A program made the position numbers and the translations under genes. Shown here piece after piece: positions 11,421 through 23,268 of a DNA stretch of 64,000 nucleotides. The notes beneath the pieces were generated by a model. It was not told the DNA's origin. It saw only the letters and a list, made by a program, of their open reading frames with translations, and did no database searches. Numbering within the stretch: the first letter of the stretch is position 1; each line of letters opens with the position of its first letter. This stretch comes from Podarcis cretensis (lineage: Eukaryota): assembly GCA_951804945.1 (NCBI GenBank), contig OX638154.1, positions 82,460,001 to 82,524,000 of the forward strand, in the 5' to 3' direction.

Positions 11421-13551
11421 GGTATCCATGTACAAAACCATAAAAGTACTTACCTCTTCCCTTAGAATTCCCCCTCCAGTAAGCATATATGGTCCTACTT
11501 TTTATCCTTTCCCTTCCCTTTTCTGACCTAGATCAGCTATGAACATCTCTGTAGCAGCTATCCAACTTGCTCCTAATGTGATTTAAATCCCCTTAGTGTA
11601 GTCTTCAGACCACCAGTGGTCCATGGGCTTCTGTGGTACTGCAATGTGGTGTAGTTTCATTTATTTCTTATTGTATTGACATTTTGAATTGCATTTTTAA
11701 AAAAGAACAATGCATTACAATTGCTCAACAGTAGGCAGGGTGGGGACATTAAACCGTCTTCTAAGACTCTCAGCCATTTTTTGGGACTGGGGAGGAAGTT
11801 TGGGAGCCACTATTTTCAATGCTAATTTCCACTTCCCACATTCAAAGCCCGTTCTTTCCCTCAAAGAATTCTGGGCACTGTGGTTTGTGAAGGGTTGCTG
11901 GAATTGTAACTCTGTGAGGAGTAAACTCTAGCACCCAGAAGTATTTGAGAGGAAAATGCACTTTCTAACATTTCAGATTTCAGATGGACAGAGAGATTTT
12001 AATCCACGTAGTAGAAAGATTCAGCAAATCCCAAAGGCCCTCTCTTGAATTATATTCAAGTTTATATTGCAAATAAATAAAAAATAGGGTATTTTAAAAG
12101 GGCATTTGTTGTGACTATATTCTTTTCTGCTTCACAGTACATATAATAATGTTATTAGTTACATGAAACTTGAATTATTATTTTTTATCTGGCTTGTCAC
12201 TTCTCATCTAGATCCCAACCTTTTCATGAAGATAATTAAGAATCTTGTGCAAAGACATCCAGTCTGTGACATCTACATATTATTAGCATCATAAAATAGT
12301 TTTCAATTAATTTTTTAATTTTTTTTGTTTAAAGTTATGAGGTAGGTTTTCAACTCTGATTAAGTATTCCTGGTTCATGCATGATTCCTGGAAATCTCTG
12401 TGGCTGAACTTGTGCAATTGCCACCTCTTGGGTTTGTTTTTCAATTATGATCGCTTTCCTCCATTTTATAGCTGCAGCCATTCTTATGTTATCATAGTGA
12501 TTTATCTGCTCAGGAATTCTGGTGTGTTTTTTTTTTATCTGCTGATTGCTTTAGTGAATTCTATCATAAAGGTGATGACACAATGTCAGTTGACTGGCTA
12601 ACCTAATCATTAGATCTATAGTAACACTATAGTTTGTTTTTCCAGGCAATTGCTATGTTAATTTGCCACACTGTCAACCTACAGAAGGTGGAAATAACAG
12701 GGTATGACAACTGCATTACTTCAGCAGCATCATAAATGAGAGTGGCAGCTGGGAATGGTTAATAAACATTGTACATTTTAAAATAGTCCAGAGAAGAAGA
12801 AAAATTCCCTTTTGCAATAGTTACAACTTTTATAAACAGTGTTGCTCCTTTTTACTTGCCCTGATCTCAGGCCTGAAGCACACAAATGAAGCTTTTACCA
12901 CATCTCCAACACCTGGAAAAGTTTGACTGCTTCCCCTGCCAGCTTGCTGTTTAAAAGCACAGGGACAGTGGCAAGACTAGCTAAGAAAAAACACAATAGA
13001 GAGCAGGATTTGTTTTCTTCCTCAAATTAAATTAGTCTGTAGATTTACTGGCTAACACTAAGTGTTTATTAATACTCAAATGTACCTAGTTTGAGGTTTG
13101 CTCACATTTTCTGCCTATTATTGTTATTATTAAATATTTTATTTACTAGCCTGCACTTGTGCTTTTAACTGCAACATGATATGCAGAAATTATGGCAGTG
13201 AAGCTTTCATAATCCCTTCATCTTCCTTGCAGGAAAAGACTTGCTTTATTTCTGGGTGCCTGCTGCTGTTCAAGGCATAGGATCAGGAAGAATAAAAAAA
13301 GTTTGCAACTCTTACTGTTTATGCAAGGTAGACAGCAAGACTTGAGTGGGTACTTGCAATTTCCCCCTTCATATTTACTTCTCCTTCAGAAATCTAATAT
13401 GTAGAATAAGGTTTACCCCCCTTCAGAATGCACTTTGCCCTGTCTGTGCCCACCCAGTAGTTTTTCTCATGCCACCACTGTAGTGCTGACCATTCAACTC
13501 AAGCCTTCAATTTGAAGGAGGGTTGCAGGATTTTATCTATATCTATATCTA

Positions 13552-13757
13552 GGAGACGCGAGTGGTGCTGTGGGTTAAACCACAGAGCCTAGGACTTGCC
13601 GATCAGAAGGTTGGTGGTTCGAATCCCCGTGACAGGGTGAGCTCCCGTTGCTCAGCCCCTCCTGCCAACCTAGCAGTTTGAAAGCATGTCAAACTGCAAG
13701 TAGATAAATAGGTACCACTCCAGCGGGAAGGTAAATGGTGTTTCCGTGTGCTGCTCT
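13552..13757 (+). mobile_element. Sauria SINE, 5' part only (3'-truncated)
   Basis: Head and body match the other copies up to GTGCTGCTCT. Flanked by CTATATCTA on both sides. Confidence 0.9.
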
Positions 13758-13782
13758 ATATCTATCTATCTCAAAGGGCACA

Positions 13783-14019
13783 AACCAGTGTGAAGTAGTA
13801 TTTAGAGTGCTGAACTAGGATCTGGGAAACCAGGGTTCAAATCCCCACAGGGTGACCTTGGATAACTGGGTGACCTTGGACCAGTCACTGCCTCTCAGCC
13901 AGCCTACCTCACAGGGTGGTTGTGGGGATCAAATGAGGAGAGGGAGAACCACGCGGGCCACCTTGAGTTCCTGGGAGGAAAAAAAAAGGTGGCATATAAA
14001 TGAAAATAAATAAATAAAT
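13783..14019 (+). mobile_element. Older Squam3/MIR-like CORE SINE with (TAAA)n tail
   Basis: B box GGTTCAAATCC, CORE motif GGGTGACCTTGGA (duplicated internally), CCTACCTCACAGGGTGGTTGTG. Confidence 0.85.
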
Positions 14020-15321
14020 CAGTGTGAGATTCAAACTCTTTGAGTTGCTACCTAGGTGCAAGTTGAGTTCTTTTGTTTTGTTTTCCAAATTAATATGGGT
14101 GTAACTGTCATGGAGCTGTCTATAGATATAGCGAATATAATATTTCTGTAGATCAGCATTTGATTTCCTTTTAACGCATGGGATACCTCTCACTTTTGCA
14201 TCTTAATCATGGTGGTGGTTTTTTATGGTATTTTGTGTATTTCCATTATGTCTTCAATTCACTGCCTACCCCAAACAAATGAAAACCCTGATCATTATTA
14301 AAGCAGCAACTTTCATGCAACCTTCTTAAAGAGTTATTCTTTCTCTGCAGGGCTAAAGTATATGTCCTAAGGCATTCTTTTCGGTTTGCATGTTAACTCA
14401 TTGAATTACTAGATTAATGCAAAGAAAATGGCTCCCATCAAAACTCCTCAACATCTCTGAAGATCTCCGTGGACATTCCTCCAGGGCCACCGACCTGATT
14501 ATTATTAGTATAGAATACCACTTCAACTTCAGTTGCTTCGCTGAAGAAATCCTTTGCACGTATGTTGTTGCCAAAATCTTCTTTCCAGAGACATGACCCA
14601 CCAGGCTTTGTCTGAATATAAAACAATGGCAGGTGCATGTGAAACAGAAGTAGTGTGTGCTCATTGAAACATAATGCAGGGGCCGCTGAAATGTTTTCCG
14701 CAGCAGGGGGGGCACAGCTGCAGTTTATCAGGGCAACTTGCTGCCTCATATTCCATGTGGGAATGTATCATCAGTGCCATGTAAATCTTAGCAATCTGCT
14801 CATCCTTAATTAGCGGGCATTAATTTCAAGCATTTGCCATGTTAAACTGACATGTTTGTACTCTTTTTAAAGTGTTGGAGTATGAAAAATTACATCGGAA
14901 AATCTCTGCCAGCTATTGTAGCAAACTATCACTTGTTACCTAGGGTAGATTCAGATGACTGGAGCTTCAAAGTAACCAGCCTAGTAAGAGCTTAGCATAG
15001 GTCACCTGCCCTGCGGGGAGGGGCAAGGTAGGTACCTGTACCCGACTATGCATTTAAGCTCAGGGTTACTGCAGTGGTCACAGCAACTGTGTAGTCCGTT
15101 CACTCACACCAAAGGCTGTGCAGAGCCCCTCACTGAATGTTGTATGAGAAGCTTCCTTAAACCAGGTCAGACTATTTGTCCAACAAGCCAAGCATTGCCT
15201 ACTTTGATTGCCTACAGCTTTCTGGGGGTTCAGACAGGAGACTGTCGCAACCTAAGAGCTCTTTACCTGAAGCAGGAGTAGTCAAGGTGGCACCTTTCAG
15301 GTGTTCCTGGGCTACAACTTC

Positions 15322-15364
<43 letters not shown>

Positions 15365-15545
15365 TAATACCTTTTTTGTCATTGAACAACCTGTGTACAA
15401 TGAAATTAAAGGAGCCTCCCTCCACAAACATTCAATCTCTTATTGAACACCACACCACCTCGCAAGTCAATGTTATTTTCCGTTCAGCAGCCTAATAGCC
15501 CATGAACAGAAGCTATTTTTTAACCTGTTGGTACGGCTGATTATA

Positions 15546-15860
15546 CAGGGACGCGGGTGGCGCTGAGGTTGGTGGTTTGAATCCCCGTGACAGGGTGAGC
15601 TCCCGTTGCTCGGTCCCAGCTCCTGCCAACCTAGCAGTTCGAAAGCACGTCAAAGTGCAAGTAGATAAATAGGTACTGCTCCAGCGGGAAGGTAAACAGC
15701 ATTTCTGTGCACTGCTCAGGTTCGCCAGAAGCGGCTTAGTCATGCTGGCCACATGACCCGGAAGCTGTACGCCGGCTCCCTCGGCCAATAAAGCGAGATG
15801 AGCGCCACAACCCCAGAGTTGGCCACAACTGGACCTAATGGTCAGGGGTCCCTTTACCTT
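15546..15860 (+). mobile_element. Sauria SINE with internal head deletion
   Basis: 14-bp TSD TACGGCTGATTATA (15532-15545 and 15861-15874). Lacks the segment between GGCGCTG and AGGTTGG that other copies have. Confidence 0.95.
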
Positions 15861-15992
15861 TACGGCTGATTATATTTCTATATCTCCTGCCTGAGGGTAG
15901 AAGATTAAAGAGGTGATGGCCAGGGTGTGAGTCATCCCTGAGAATTTTTCACGCTCTCCTAAGGCAACAATCCCTTGCAATGTCATCTAGCG

Positions 15993-16128
15993 CAGTGTTT
16001 CCCAACCTTGGGCCTCCAGCTGTTTTTGAAATACAATTCCCATCATCCCTGACCACTGGTCTTGTTAGCTAGGGATGATGGGAGTTGTAGTCCAAAAACA
16101 GCTGGAGGCCCAAGGTTGGGAAACACTG
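15993..16128. mobile_element. Palindromic hAT MITE, 136 bp
   Basis: Long TIR arms starting CAGTGTTTCCCAACCTTGGGCCTCCAGCTG. Perfect 8-bp TSD ATCTAGCG. Confidence 0.96.
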
Positions 16129-16548
16129 ATCTAGCGGACTCAAGGGACAGCCCATGATATCATGTGCTGTATTCATCATCCTCTGTAGAGACTTTCTGTC
16201 TGTGGCTGTCAGGCCAGCATACCATCCCCGACTGCTGGCTGGGGCTGCTGGGAATTGTAGTCCAAAACATCGGGAGGGCACAACATTGCACACCACTGCT
16301 TTAACTGTAAAAGCCAAGAATGGAACTTGGGACATTGTGCATGCTAAATGTGTGCTCTACAGCTGACCTTTGCAGAGCCAACCCTATCATTAGGCAGAGT
16401 GAGGCAACCATCTCAAGAGGCAGATGTTCAAGGGCAGCAGGAACAGCTCTTGAGCCCCCAGCCATGGCCACTCCTGGGCCTCCAAATTTGGCCTGCTGTC
16501 TCAGCTTTGATGAAGGATCCTGTCTAGGATTCCTATTTACTGTGGTAT

Positions 16549-16584
16549 CTGGGACCTTGTAGTAAACTGGGACCTTGTAGTAAA
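16549..16584. repeat. 18-bp tandem duplication CTGGGACCTTGTAGTAAA x2
   Basis: Read directly from the sequence. Confidence 0.9.
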
Positions 16585-16791
16585 GGGCAAGTAATAACAA
16601 CAACCATAATTAATAGCCCATATGGAAGTGTGATTCAGTCAAGTTCTCTTATTTTATTTTTTGGTGGTTTGGCAAAGCTCCCCAAGGAGCACAGAAAATT
16701 TTTTTTAGCAAAACACAACTATAATGATAAAAATGATCCAATAAAAGGAGAACACACTTACACCAGTTACTCTGGAGCTCATTCTGTAGAA

Positions 16792-16926
16792 CAGGGTTTC
16801 CCAAGCTTGGGTCTCCAGCTGTTTTTGGACTGCAGTTCCCATCATGCCTAGCTAGCAAGACAGTGGTCAGGGATGATGGGAATTGTAATCCAAAAACAGC
16901 TGGAGACCCAAACTTGGGAAACCCTG
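16792..16926. mobile_element. Palindromic hAT MITE
   Basis: TIRs CAGGGTTTCCCAAG / CTTGGGAAACCCTG. TSD CTGTAGAA / CTGTAGAC. Confidence 0.94.
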
Positions 16927-19129
16927 CTGTAGACAGTGAAGGCTTGTCCTTTAGGGCAAATGGGGCACTGCCCACTGGCCCACTTTCTTGCTTGAATCCA
17001 GCCCAGGTCAGTTTCCTCCTCCTTAGTTTCAGTGTTGCCATTATCAGAAAATAATAGGAGGATGGGGCAAAATTTAAAGTAGTTGGCTCAGGATGCACCT
17101 ACTGGCCTTTCAGCCTTTGCCCTCCCAGTCCCAATGGGCATTGGCCACCACTGGCTGTAGAAAACATTCTGCTTCTCATAATGAAGTTACTTTGATTATA
17201 AGTCTCTCCAGCAAGACCTATTTTAAAAGCATTTGATGTGAATTTCAAGACATTTATTCTGAGAACTCAACCTATTGCTAGGTCCTGTTCATATAATTTT
17301 CTTAAGCTACTAGTGAAGAGACAATGATAAAATAATTAAATTCATTCAAGACTGCAATGCTGCAAGTCTGTTCTTGGAAATTAGCCCTATTGAATTCCAT
17401 GGAAGTCAGTATCTACTTCTGAGTAAACCTACATATGGTTGGCTAAACAGGATAATAGAAATGTAGTATTAGCATGAACAATTAGATTTTTTAATATGAT
17501 TGCTGCCCCTTGAGCCATCAGGATGCCTTCTGGGGAATATGTAAAGAATCTTCATGAGTTTGGAATTTCTTATTTATGTATAAGTTTAGGCATGAAATCA
17601 ATTACTTGCAGAATTGGCATGCTTTGATTTGGATGATATGTATTATAAGTTTGAGAATATTGCTTTTGAATGTGAATGGCACAATTAATTTCTTCATTTA
17701 ATTTCTCTAACTTAGGTTATCAAAGTTCGTCCTCTATCAAATATGGCTAAGCACAATAGTCTGGTCTGCAGAAAGCTGCAACTGAAGGGGTGGAAACTGT
17801 TCATGCATGTTGGGAATAAGGACTGAATGCTCCCTGCAAACAAACAAAAAATCCCAACACCCTCCTTGTGTATAGAAAACCAACATATCTACATTAAAAT
17901 TAAAATTATTATTTTTATTAATCAGATTTATATACTGCCTTCATCAAAAGATCTCAGGGCAGTTCACAAGATAAAACCTAACAAGATTTTAACCTAACCT
18001 TCTCCCAATTTTTCTATGAATAGTGATTTCTTTCTGTCTCCACTGCTACCATCTAGACTCTGAAGTATTACAGTATAAGGATAATATCAATCTGTTGCTC
18101 CTTTTCTCTATTCCTGCACAGCTTTGGGGAGCATTCTGGAAGCTTTCACTTCCATCATTGATTAACCACAGCTTGTTGTGTCAACTTAACCAACAAACTG
18201 TGGTCAAGATGACCTATGGTTTATCCAGCTTATTTTATGCAAGCCGTAATTAACATTAGCCACAATTTGTCAAAGTTCGGATGACACTACTTAGCATAAT
18301 ATGAAACCTAAAGCTCCTGAGCTGCTTTATTGTGGCAATGGCAGAGGAGGAGGGGCTAAGCCTCAGGCCATCCAAACTTCCTCATTGTGTGACTTTCAAA
18401 CTCTCCCATTATAATTGCCTCACTGTTTTGAATCTCAGACGATACTATGAGGTGACTTTATTGATTCATTTTCACAGTGAAAGCGGTTTGTTTGACATTG
18501 CTCCTACTTGAAAAGGGATGAGGTTACAAGCACCTTAGAAAAAAGAATACCATTTCAAATAGATGTCATAGTCTGATGTCATAACGGCAGCAGTTTTCTG
18601 TAATATGCAAAAATAATTCAGTCTAATGTCTCCTAATGAGCAAATGAGATGGGTCAAGTCATCACAAGAGAGTTTTTGCTACCTCCTTTTTAAAACTTGT
18701 GAAGGAGGCCTTAGAAGTCATTCCCTTGCAAAATGAGAGAAGTGGTCTCGCATCAGGAATACTTTTATTTCATCCTTTTGGAAGAGCATGTTAGGGTTCA
18801 TAGAGCTTTGCCCTGCCTTTGGCATCTAAATCCTATGCAAAAACATGCAAAGTTGGGGTTTCAAGAAACATCTCCAAACTCCCTTAATCCTTCCATCGAC
18901 AACTGCACTATTGGGTTACACAGTTTTAATCCCAGAGGAGTTGTCTCTTGACATTAAACTGTCCAAATAGTATTTATATCTGCTGCTGCCTTGCAAGATC
19001 ACTTAACCCTGCACAGCAGTTTAAAAGTAGTTAATGACAGCCCCAGCTTGACTTGCCCCTTATGAATGATCACATAAGTTCGACCTGTGCTGTCATGGTT
19101 TATGGAGGAAGGCAGTTTGTCCATTGCCT

Positions 19130-19309
19130 NNNNNNNNNNNNNNNNNNNNNNNNNNNNNNNNNNNNNNNNNNNNNNNNNNNNNNNNNNNNNNNNNNNNNNN
19201 NNNNNNNNNNNNNNNNNNNNNNNNNNNNNNNNNNNNNNNNNNNNNNNNNNNNNNNNNNNNNNNNNNNNNNNNNNNNNNNNNNNNNNNNNNNNNNNNNNNN
19301 NNNNNNNNN
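19130..19309. other. N block, 180 nt
   Basis: Counted run of N. Confidence 0.98.
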
Positions 19310-20116
19310 GCAAGGACATTCAGAGTGAAGCTGTGAGGGAAGGTAATTGTGAACTTTAACAACTCATGTTTTATGTTTCTGTTTTTCATTAATTATCTGA
19401 CCAGATGAATCTACTGATAAAAATTGTACCATGTAGTATCCAGCAGGGTCCAGTGGAAAGATTTCAGAAGCCAAGAGCAGATCATTAGCTAATATGTGGA
19501 TCTGTGAGTGGACAATTAAAACGCTGCTATAGTTGTTGTCATAACCCTGTTGAAGCTTGTTGCATTTAGTCAGTTGGAATAGATAGCAAAACTGAAAAGC
19601 AAGGGTTAAGTTTGAAGGCAATGTACCATGAGTTGCTATTTGAATATATGGCTCCCATGCATAACTCGCTTTTTTTTTTTTTACCTCTTCTTCTGAATGC
19701 AGTAATGAAACCACCAATACTGAAAAAATCAGTATTGGGCATGCATGAGAACAACAAAATCAAAGAGCCACTGGTAGTAACCGTAGACAATACTGAGGTA
19801 GATGGAGTGATGGTCTGGCTCAGTTTGAGGCAGTTTATATTCCCTTTTCAATTTACCTAAGGGTGAAAATATTAGTGTTGTTTACTAGGGAACCCTGCCC
19901 CGTGACATTTTTAGCTACTGTTTCTGTTTTAAGCTGCACTGCTGAAGGATAAGATTAATTCTCCAATTGAAACTATGGAACTTTACCTATCATTTTGTGT
20001 GTGTGTGTTTCTCCCCCCCCCCCCCCCAATCTTGATCTGGGACTTTTTGTGTACCACTCTGAAATTAAATTATGGGTGCTTCTGTAAACCACAGGGATAT
20101 GACAATCCAGCATAGC

Positions 20117-20245
20117 AGGGATAACCTGTATTCCTCCAGATGTTATTGGACTTGAACTCCCATCACTTCCAGCCAGCATAGCTAGTGGCCAGAGATGATG
20201 GGTGTAGTAGTCTGTAACATCTGGAGGTTCAGAATCTCCATCCCT
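20117..20245. mobile_element. Older palindromic hAT MITE; similar decayed copies at about 28015-28132, 55683-55811, 60897-61014
   Basis: Inverted arms CCTCCAGATGTT...ACTCCCATCA and TGATGGG...AACATCTGGAGG; ends CAGGGA / TCCCTG. Confidence 0.75.
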
Positions 20246-20609
20246 GAGGCAAAGTAACAAACATATTCAGTTGGCTCCAGGGGTTACTCCTGAGAGGAGT
20301 TCTGCTTGGAATGCTCCAGTCCGGGGAGAGGCATTTTGCCAATTTCTCATTCCTCTTGCAGCCCTCCAGTGCCACCTCCCACTGTGTTCCAGAGGGTCCC
20401 TCAAGTCAACTCTCTGGAGCAGATTTTCAGGGGTGGGGACATAGGGCACCGTAGAAGGAGGGGGGAAACTGACAAAATGGGGTACCTCACCCCTTTTGCC
20501 AATGAAATTACGCTAATGGAACAGAAGTCTTCCGTGGAGACAAGGAACCCTTTTGTTTATAAGAAACACAGTCTTGATCCCAGTCCATATACTTGGATCG
20601 AGACTGAAT

Positions 20610-20742
20610 TTCTGTTGCATCTGATGAAGTGGATGGTACTCCACAAAAGCTTATGCCAGAATAAATTTGTTAATCTTTATGGTGTCAAAAACTCCTTGTT
20701 GTTTTTGTTGCAAGACACTAACATGGCTTACTCCTCTAGAAA
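20610..20742 (+). mobile_element. Penelope-like element terminal fragment
   Basis: GCATCTGATGAAGTGGA...CCACAAAAGCTTATGCCAGAATAAATTTGTTAATCTTTATGGTG...CTAACATGGCT matches my recollection of reptile Penelope terminal repeats. Confidence 0.75.
20617..20656 (+). ncRNA. Degenerate minimal type I hammerhead ribozyme motif
   Basis: Stem I GCAT/ATGC, core CTGATGA, stem II GTGGA/TCCAC, AAAA in place of GAAA, palindromic AGCT stem III, then a UH-type cleavage site. Confidence 0.65.
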
Positions 20743-20883
20743 TCCAGTCCCCTCCCCATGCAGCTTAAGAGTCTGGCTTGAAGTTAGGGTTTTGCTAACT
20801 TAGTTATTTACTAGTGCATTTCAAAAGTAACCCATTGTGCTGCTGTAAGCATGACCTGCATACACTACGATGCAGATTTCCTA

Positions 20884-21558
20884 GGCCCCATCTGCACTAT
20901 GCATTTAAAGCGGTATCACACCACTTTAAACAGCCATGGCTTTTTCCAAAGAATCCTGGGAACTATAGTTTGTTAAAGTTGCTGAGTGTTGTTGTTGTTG
21001 CTGTTTAGTCGTTTAGTCGTGTCCGACTCTTCGTGACCCCATAAACCAGAGCACGTCAGGCACTTCTGTCTTCCACTGCATCCTGCAGTTTGGTCAAACT
21101 CATGTTTGTATCTTCGAGAACACTGTCCAGCCATCTCAGCCTCTGTCGTCCCCTTCTCCTTGTGCCCTCCATCTTTCCCAACATCAGGGTCTTTTCCAGG
21201 GAATCTTCTCTTCTCATGAGGTGGCCAAAGTATTGGAGCCTCAGCTTCAGGATCTGTCCTTCCAGTGAGCACGCAGGGCTGATTTCCTTCAGAATGGAGA
21301 GGTTTGATCTTCTTGCAGTCCATGGGACTCTCAAGAGTCTCCTCCAGCACCATAATTCAAAAGAGTGTTGTTAGACTGCCCCTATTTCCCTCCAAAGATA
21401 AAATTCCCAGAGTTTCCTGAAAAGAGGAATTGTTTAACCACCCTGAGAACTTTAGCTCTGTGAAGGGAATAGGGGGACTCCTAACAACTCTTTGTGGGAA
21501 GCCATAACTGTTTAAAGTGGTATGCTCCTGCTTTACATTTATAGTGCAGATTGGGGCC
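20884..21558. mobile_element. PIF/Harbinger-like MITE interrupted by BovB
   Basis: TIRs GGCCCCATCTGCACTAT / ATAGTGCAGATTGGGGCC, plus subterminal inverted CCACTTTAAACAG / CTGTTTAAAGTGG. Confidence 0.8.
20994..21362 (-). mobile_element. BovB LINE 3' fragment
   Basis: Highly similar to 2931-3292. TSD GAGTGTTGTT (20984-20993 and 21363-21372). Confidence 0.96.
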
Positions 21559-22074
21559 TCAGTTCTTGCACCACATTCGTCACAAGGTTTTTATGGGGCA
21601 GGAGCAAGGGAGGTTCTGCAGTGGAAGAAGAGGAGAGTGTTACCACAATACACAATTTTAGGCAATGGTTGTATAGGATTAGGCTGTTGCTGTTGTTTAT
21701 TTTTGTATGTTACCAAAAAATAGGCAGTTTACAGAGTCACGAATCCAGTTACCTGTAAATAAATGCAACACACAATGTAAACTTATGTATGGGCTACACT
21801 GATTTTCCTCAGGCATTTAAAAAAAATAGATTTTGTTCTAAAAACTTTAGCAGTAGGATTGCGCTTGAAGATCCCCCTCCTTTCCCCCCTTTTTCTAAAA
21901 ATGCTGTGACCTAAGTTTCATACCAGCATCATTTTAAATTATTTACTACTCTTTCCACTCATATTTTCATTGAACTATGTTAAAAATATTTTGCTGAAAT
22001 GTTTCTTTATGTTGTCCATTGGGTTTAATAGACGTGCCATTTAATAAGCTCTCTACCTGTAAGGATAGACTATT

Positions 22075-22254
22075 NNNNNNNNNNNNNNNNNNNNNNNNNN
22101 NNNNNNNNNNNNNNNNNNNNNNNNNNNNNNNNNNNNNNNNNNNNNNNNNNNNNNNNNNNNNNNNNNNNNNNNNNNNNNNNNNNNNNNNNNNNNNNNNNNN
22201 NNNNNNNNNNNNNNNNNNNNNNNNNNNNNNNNNNNNNNNNNNNNNNNNNNNNNN
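22075..22254. other. N block, 180 nt
   Basis: Counted run of N. Confidence 0.98.
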
Positions 22255-23064
22255 TTGACAAGATATAAGAGAAGAGAACATATCTTTGAACTTTTAGTTT
22301 TAAAGTTTTTTAATGAAAATATTTATCATTTTGTAAGGTTCCTTCTTTCTTTATCACAGCTGGACTGTATAACCTTAAAACAATCCATTCTCTTATTGTA
22401 AGGGATATAAATACTGGGCTATCTTTTATATTAAACATCATAAAGGATACATGCACAGAGCGGAATTGTGTGACACCTGTATCAGTAAAGGGGTGTTATC
22501 TTAATAATAATAATAAAAAGCTTATTGGGGAGGTTGAAAAATCAGTCATTAATAAGCCACATATTTTTAAACTATGTAGAGCATGTAAAATACTTCAGAC
22601 AAGGAGGCTGCCTTTGCCATATTTTCTGCTTGCTCTTGGAAACGTTTTCGATCTGAAGCGACGGGGTAAATATGCCTGGCTGGGCCGAGTCCTTTGGGGA
22701 AATTGTGTTTTCAACTTTAGAGACATTTTCAAATGCATACATTTGAATAAATATTATTTTAGATCCTTATTACTGGGTTGAGGGTGTGCTGCTGCAAGTT
22801 CTCAGCTCTACAGCTCCCGTTTGTTTCAGTGGGACTTTGCACCTTCCTTTTGTAAGACCGTTGGCAAAAATATGGTATAAATTCAAACTAAAATTATTTT
22901 AGCTGCATTGCATCCGTAATGATTAAAAATGCCTGGCAATGCTTTCCCTGAATGTGTCAAAATATTTATATGGTAAGGTACCTTTGCCGCAAAGCCTTTG
23001 GTACAGTCCCCATGTTCTCATGCCCTGCTGTAAACTAAGCATGTTTTAACTGAAATAACCACTA

Positions 23065-23268
23065 AGGTGATTTTTAAATCATACCTTAAAAGTGCTCATA
23101 TGCCACTTTAATAGTCCTGGCTCCCTCCTAAAGAATCATGGGTCCTGTAGTTTGTGTAACCTCTCTCAGCACCCCTAGCAAACTACAGTTCTCAGGATTC
23201 ATTGAGGAAGGCTGTATGACTGTTAAAATGCCATAATAGTGCATTAGATGTATTGTGTGGGTGTGACC
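23065..23268. mobile_element. Old Harbinger-like palindromic MITE
   Basis: Inverted arms GAATCATGGGTCCTGTAGTTTG / CAAACTACAGTTCTCAGGATTC, related to the element at 20884. Confidence 0.65.

Larger units (their letters stand above)
15322..16224 (-). mobile_element. Rex1/Babar LINE 3' portion carrying two nested insertions
   Basis: With the inserts removed it translates WYAGLTATDRKSLQRMMNTAHDIMGCPLSPLDDIARDCCLRRA*KILRDDSHPGHHLFNLLPSGRRYRNIISRTNRLKNSFCSWAIRLLNGK*, followed by a 3' UTR and (ATT)n tail. Confidence 0.88.
15273..16298. mobile_element. Old palindromic hAT MITE split by the Rex1 insertion (halves at about 15273-15321 and 16225-16298)
   Basis: Left half CAGGTGTTCCTGGGCTACAACTTC and right half GGGAATTGTAGTCCAAAACATC...CACCACTG match the two arms of the MITE family. 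No TSD recognised. Confidence 0.6.

Noticed and set aside
15513-15788. Recurrent peptide VQLPGHVASMTK...RTARLAGAGTEQ (also 27676, 33629, 57295)
   Set aside because: Antisense translation of Sauria SINEs, not a gene family.
18999-19389. ORFs spanning N blocks (also at 22, 47 and 49 kb)
   Set aside because: Open only because N codons contain no stops.
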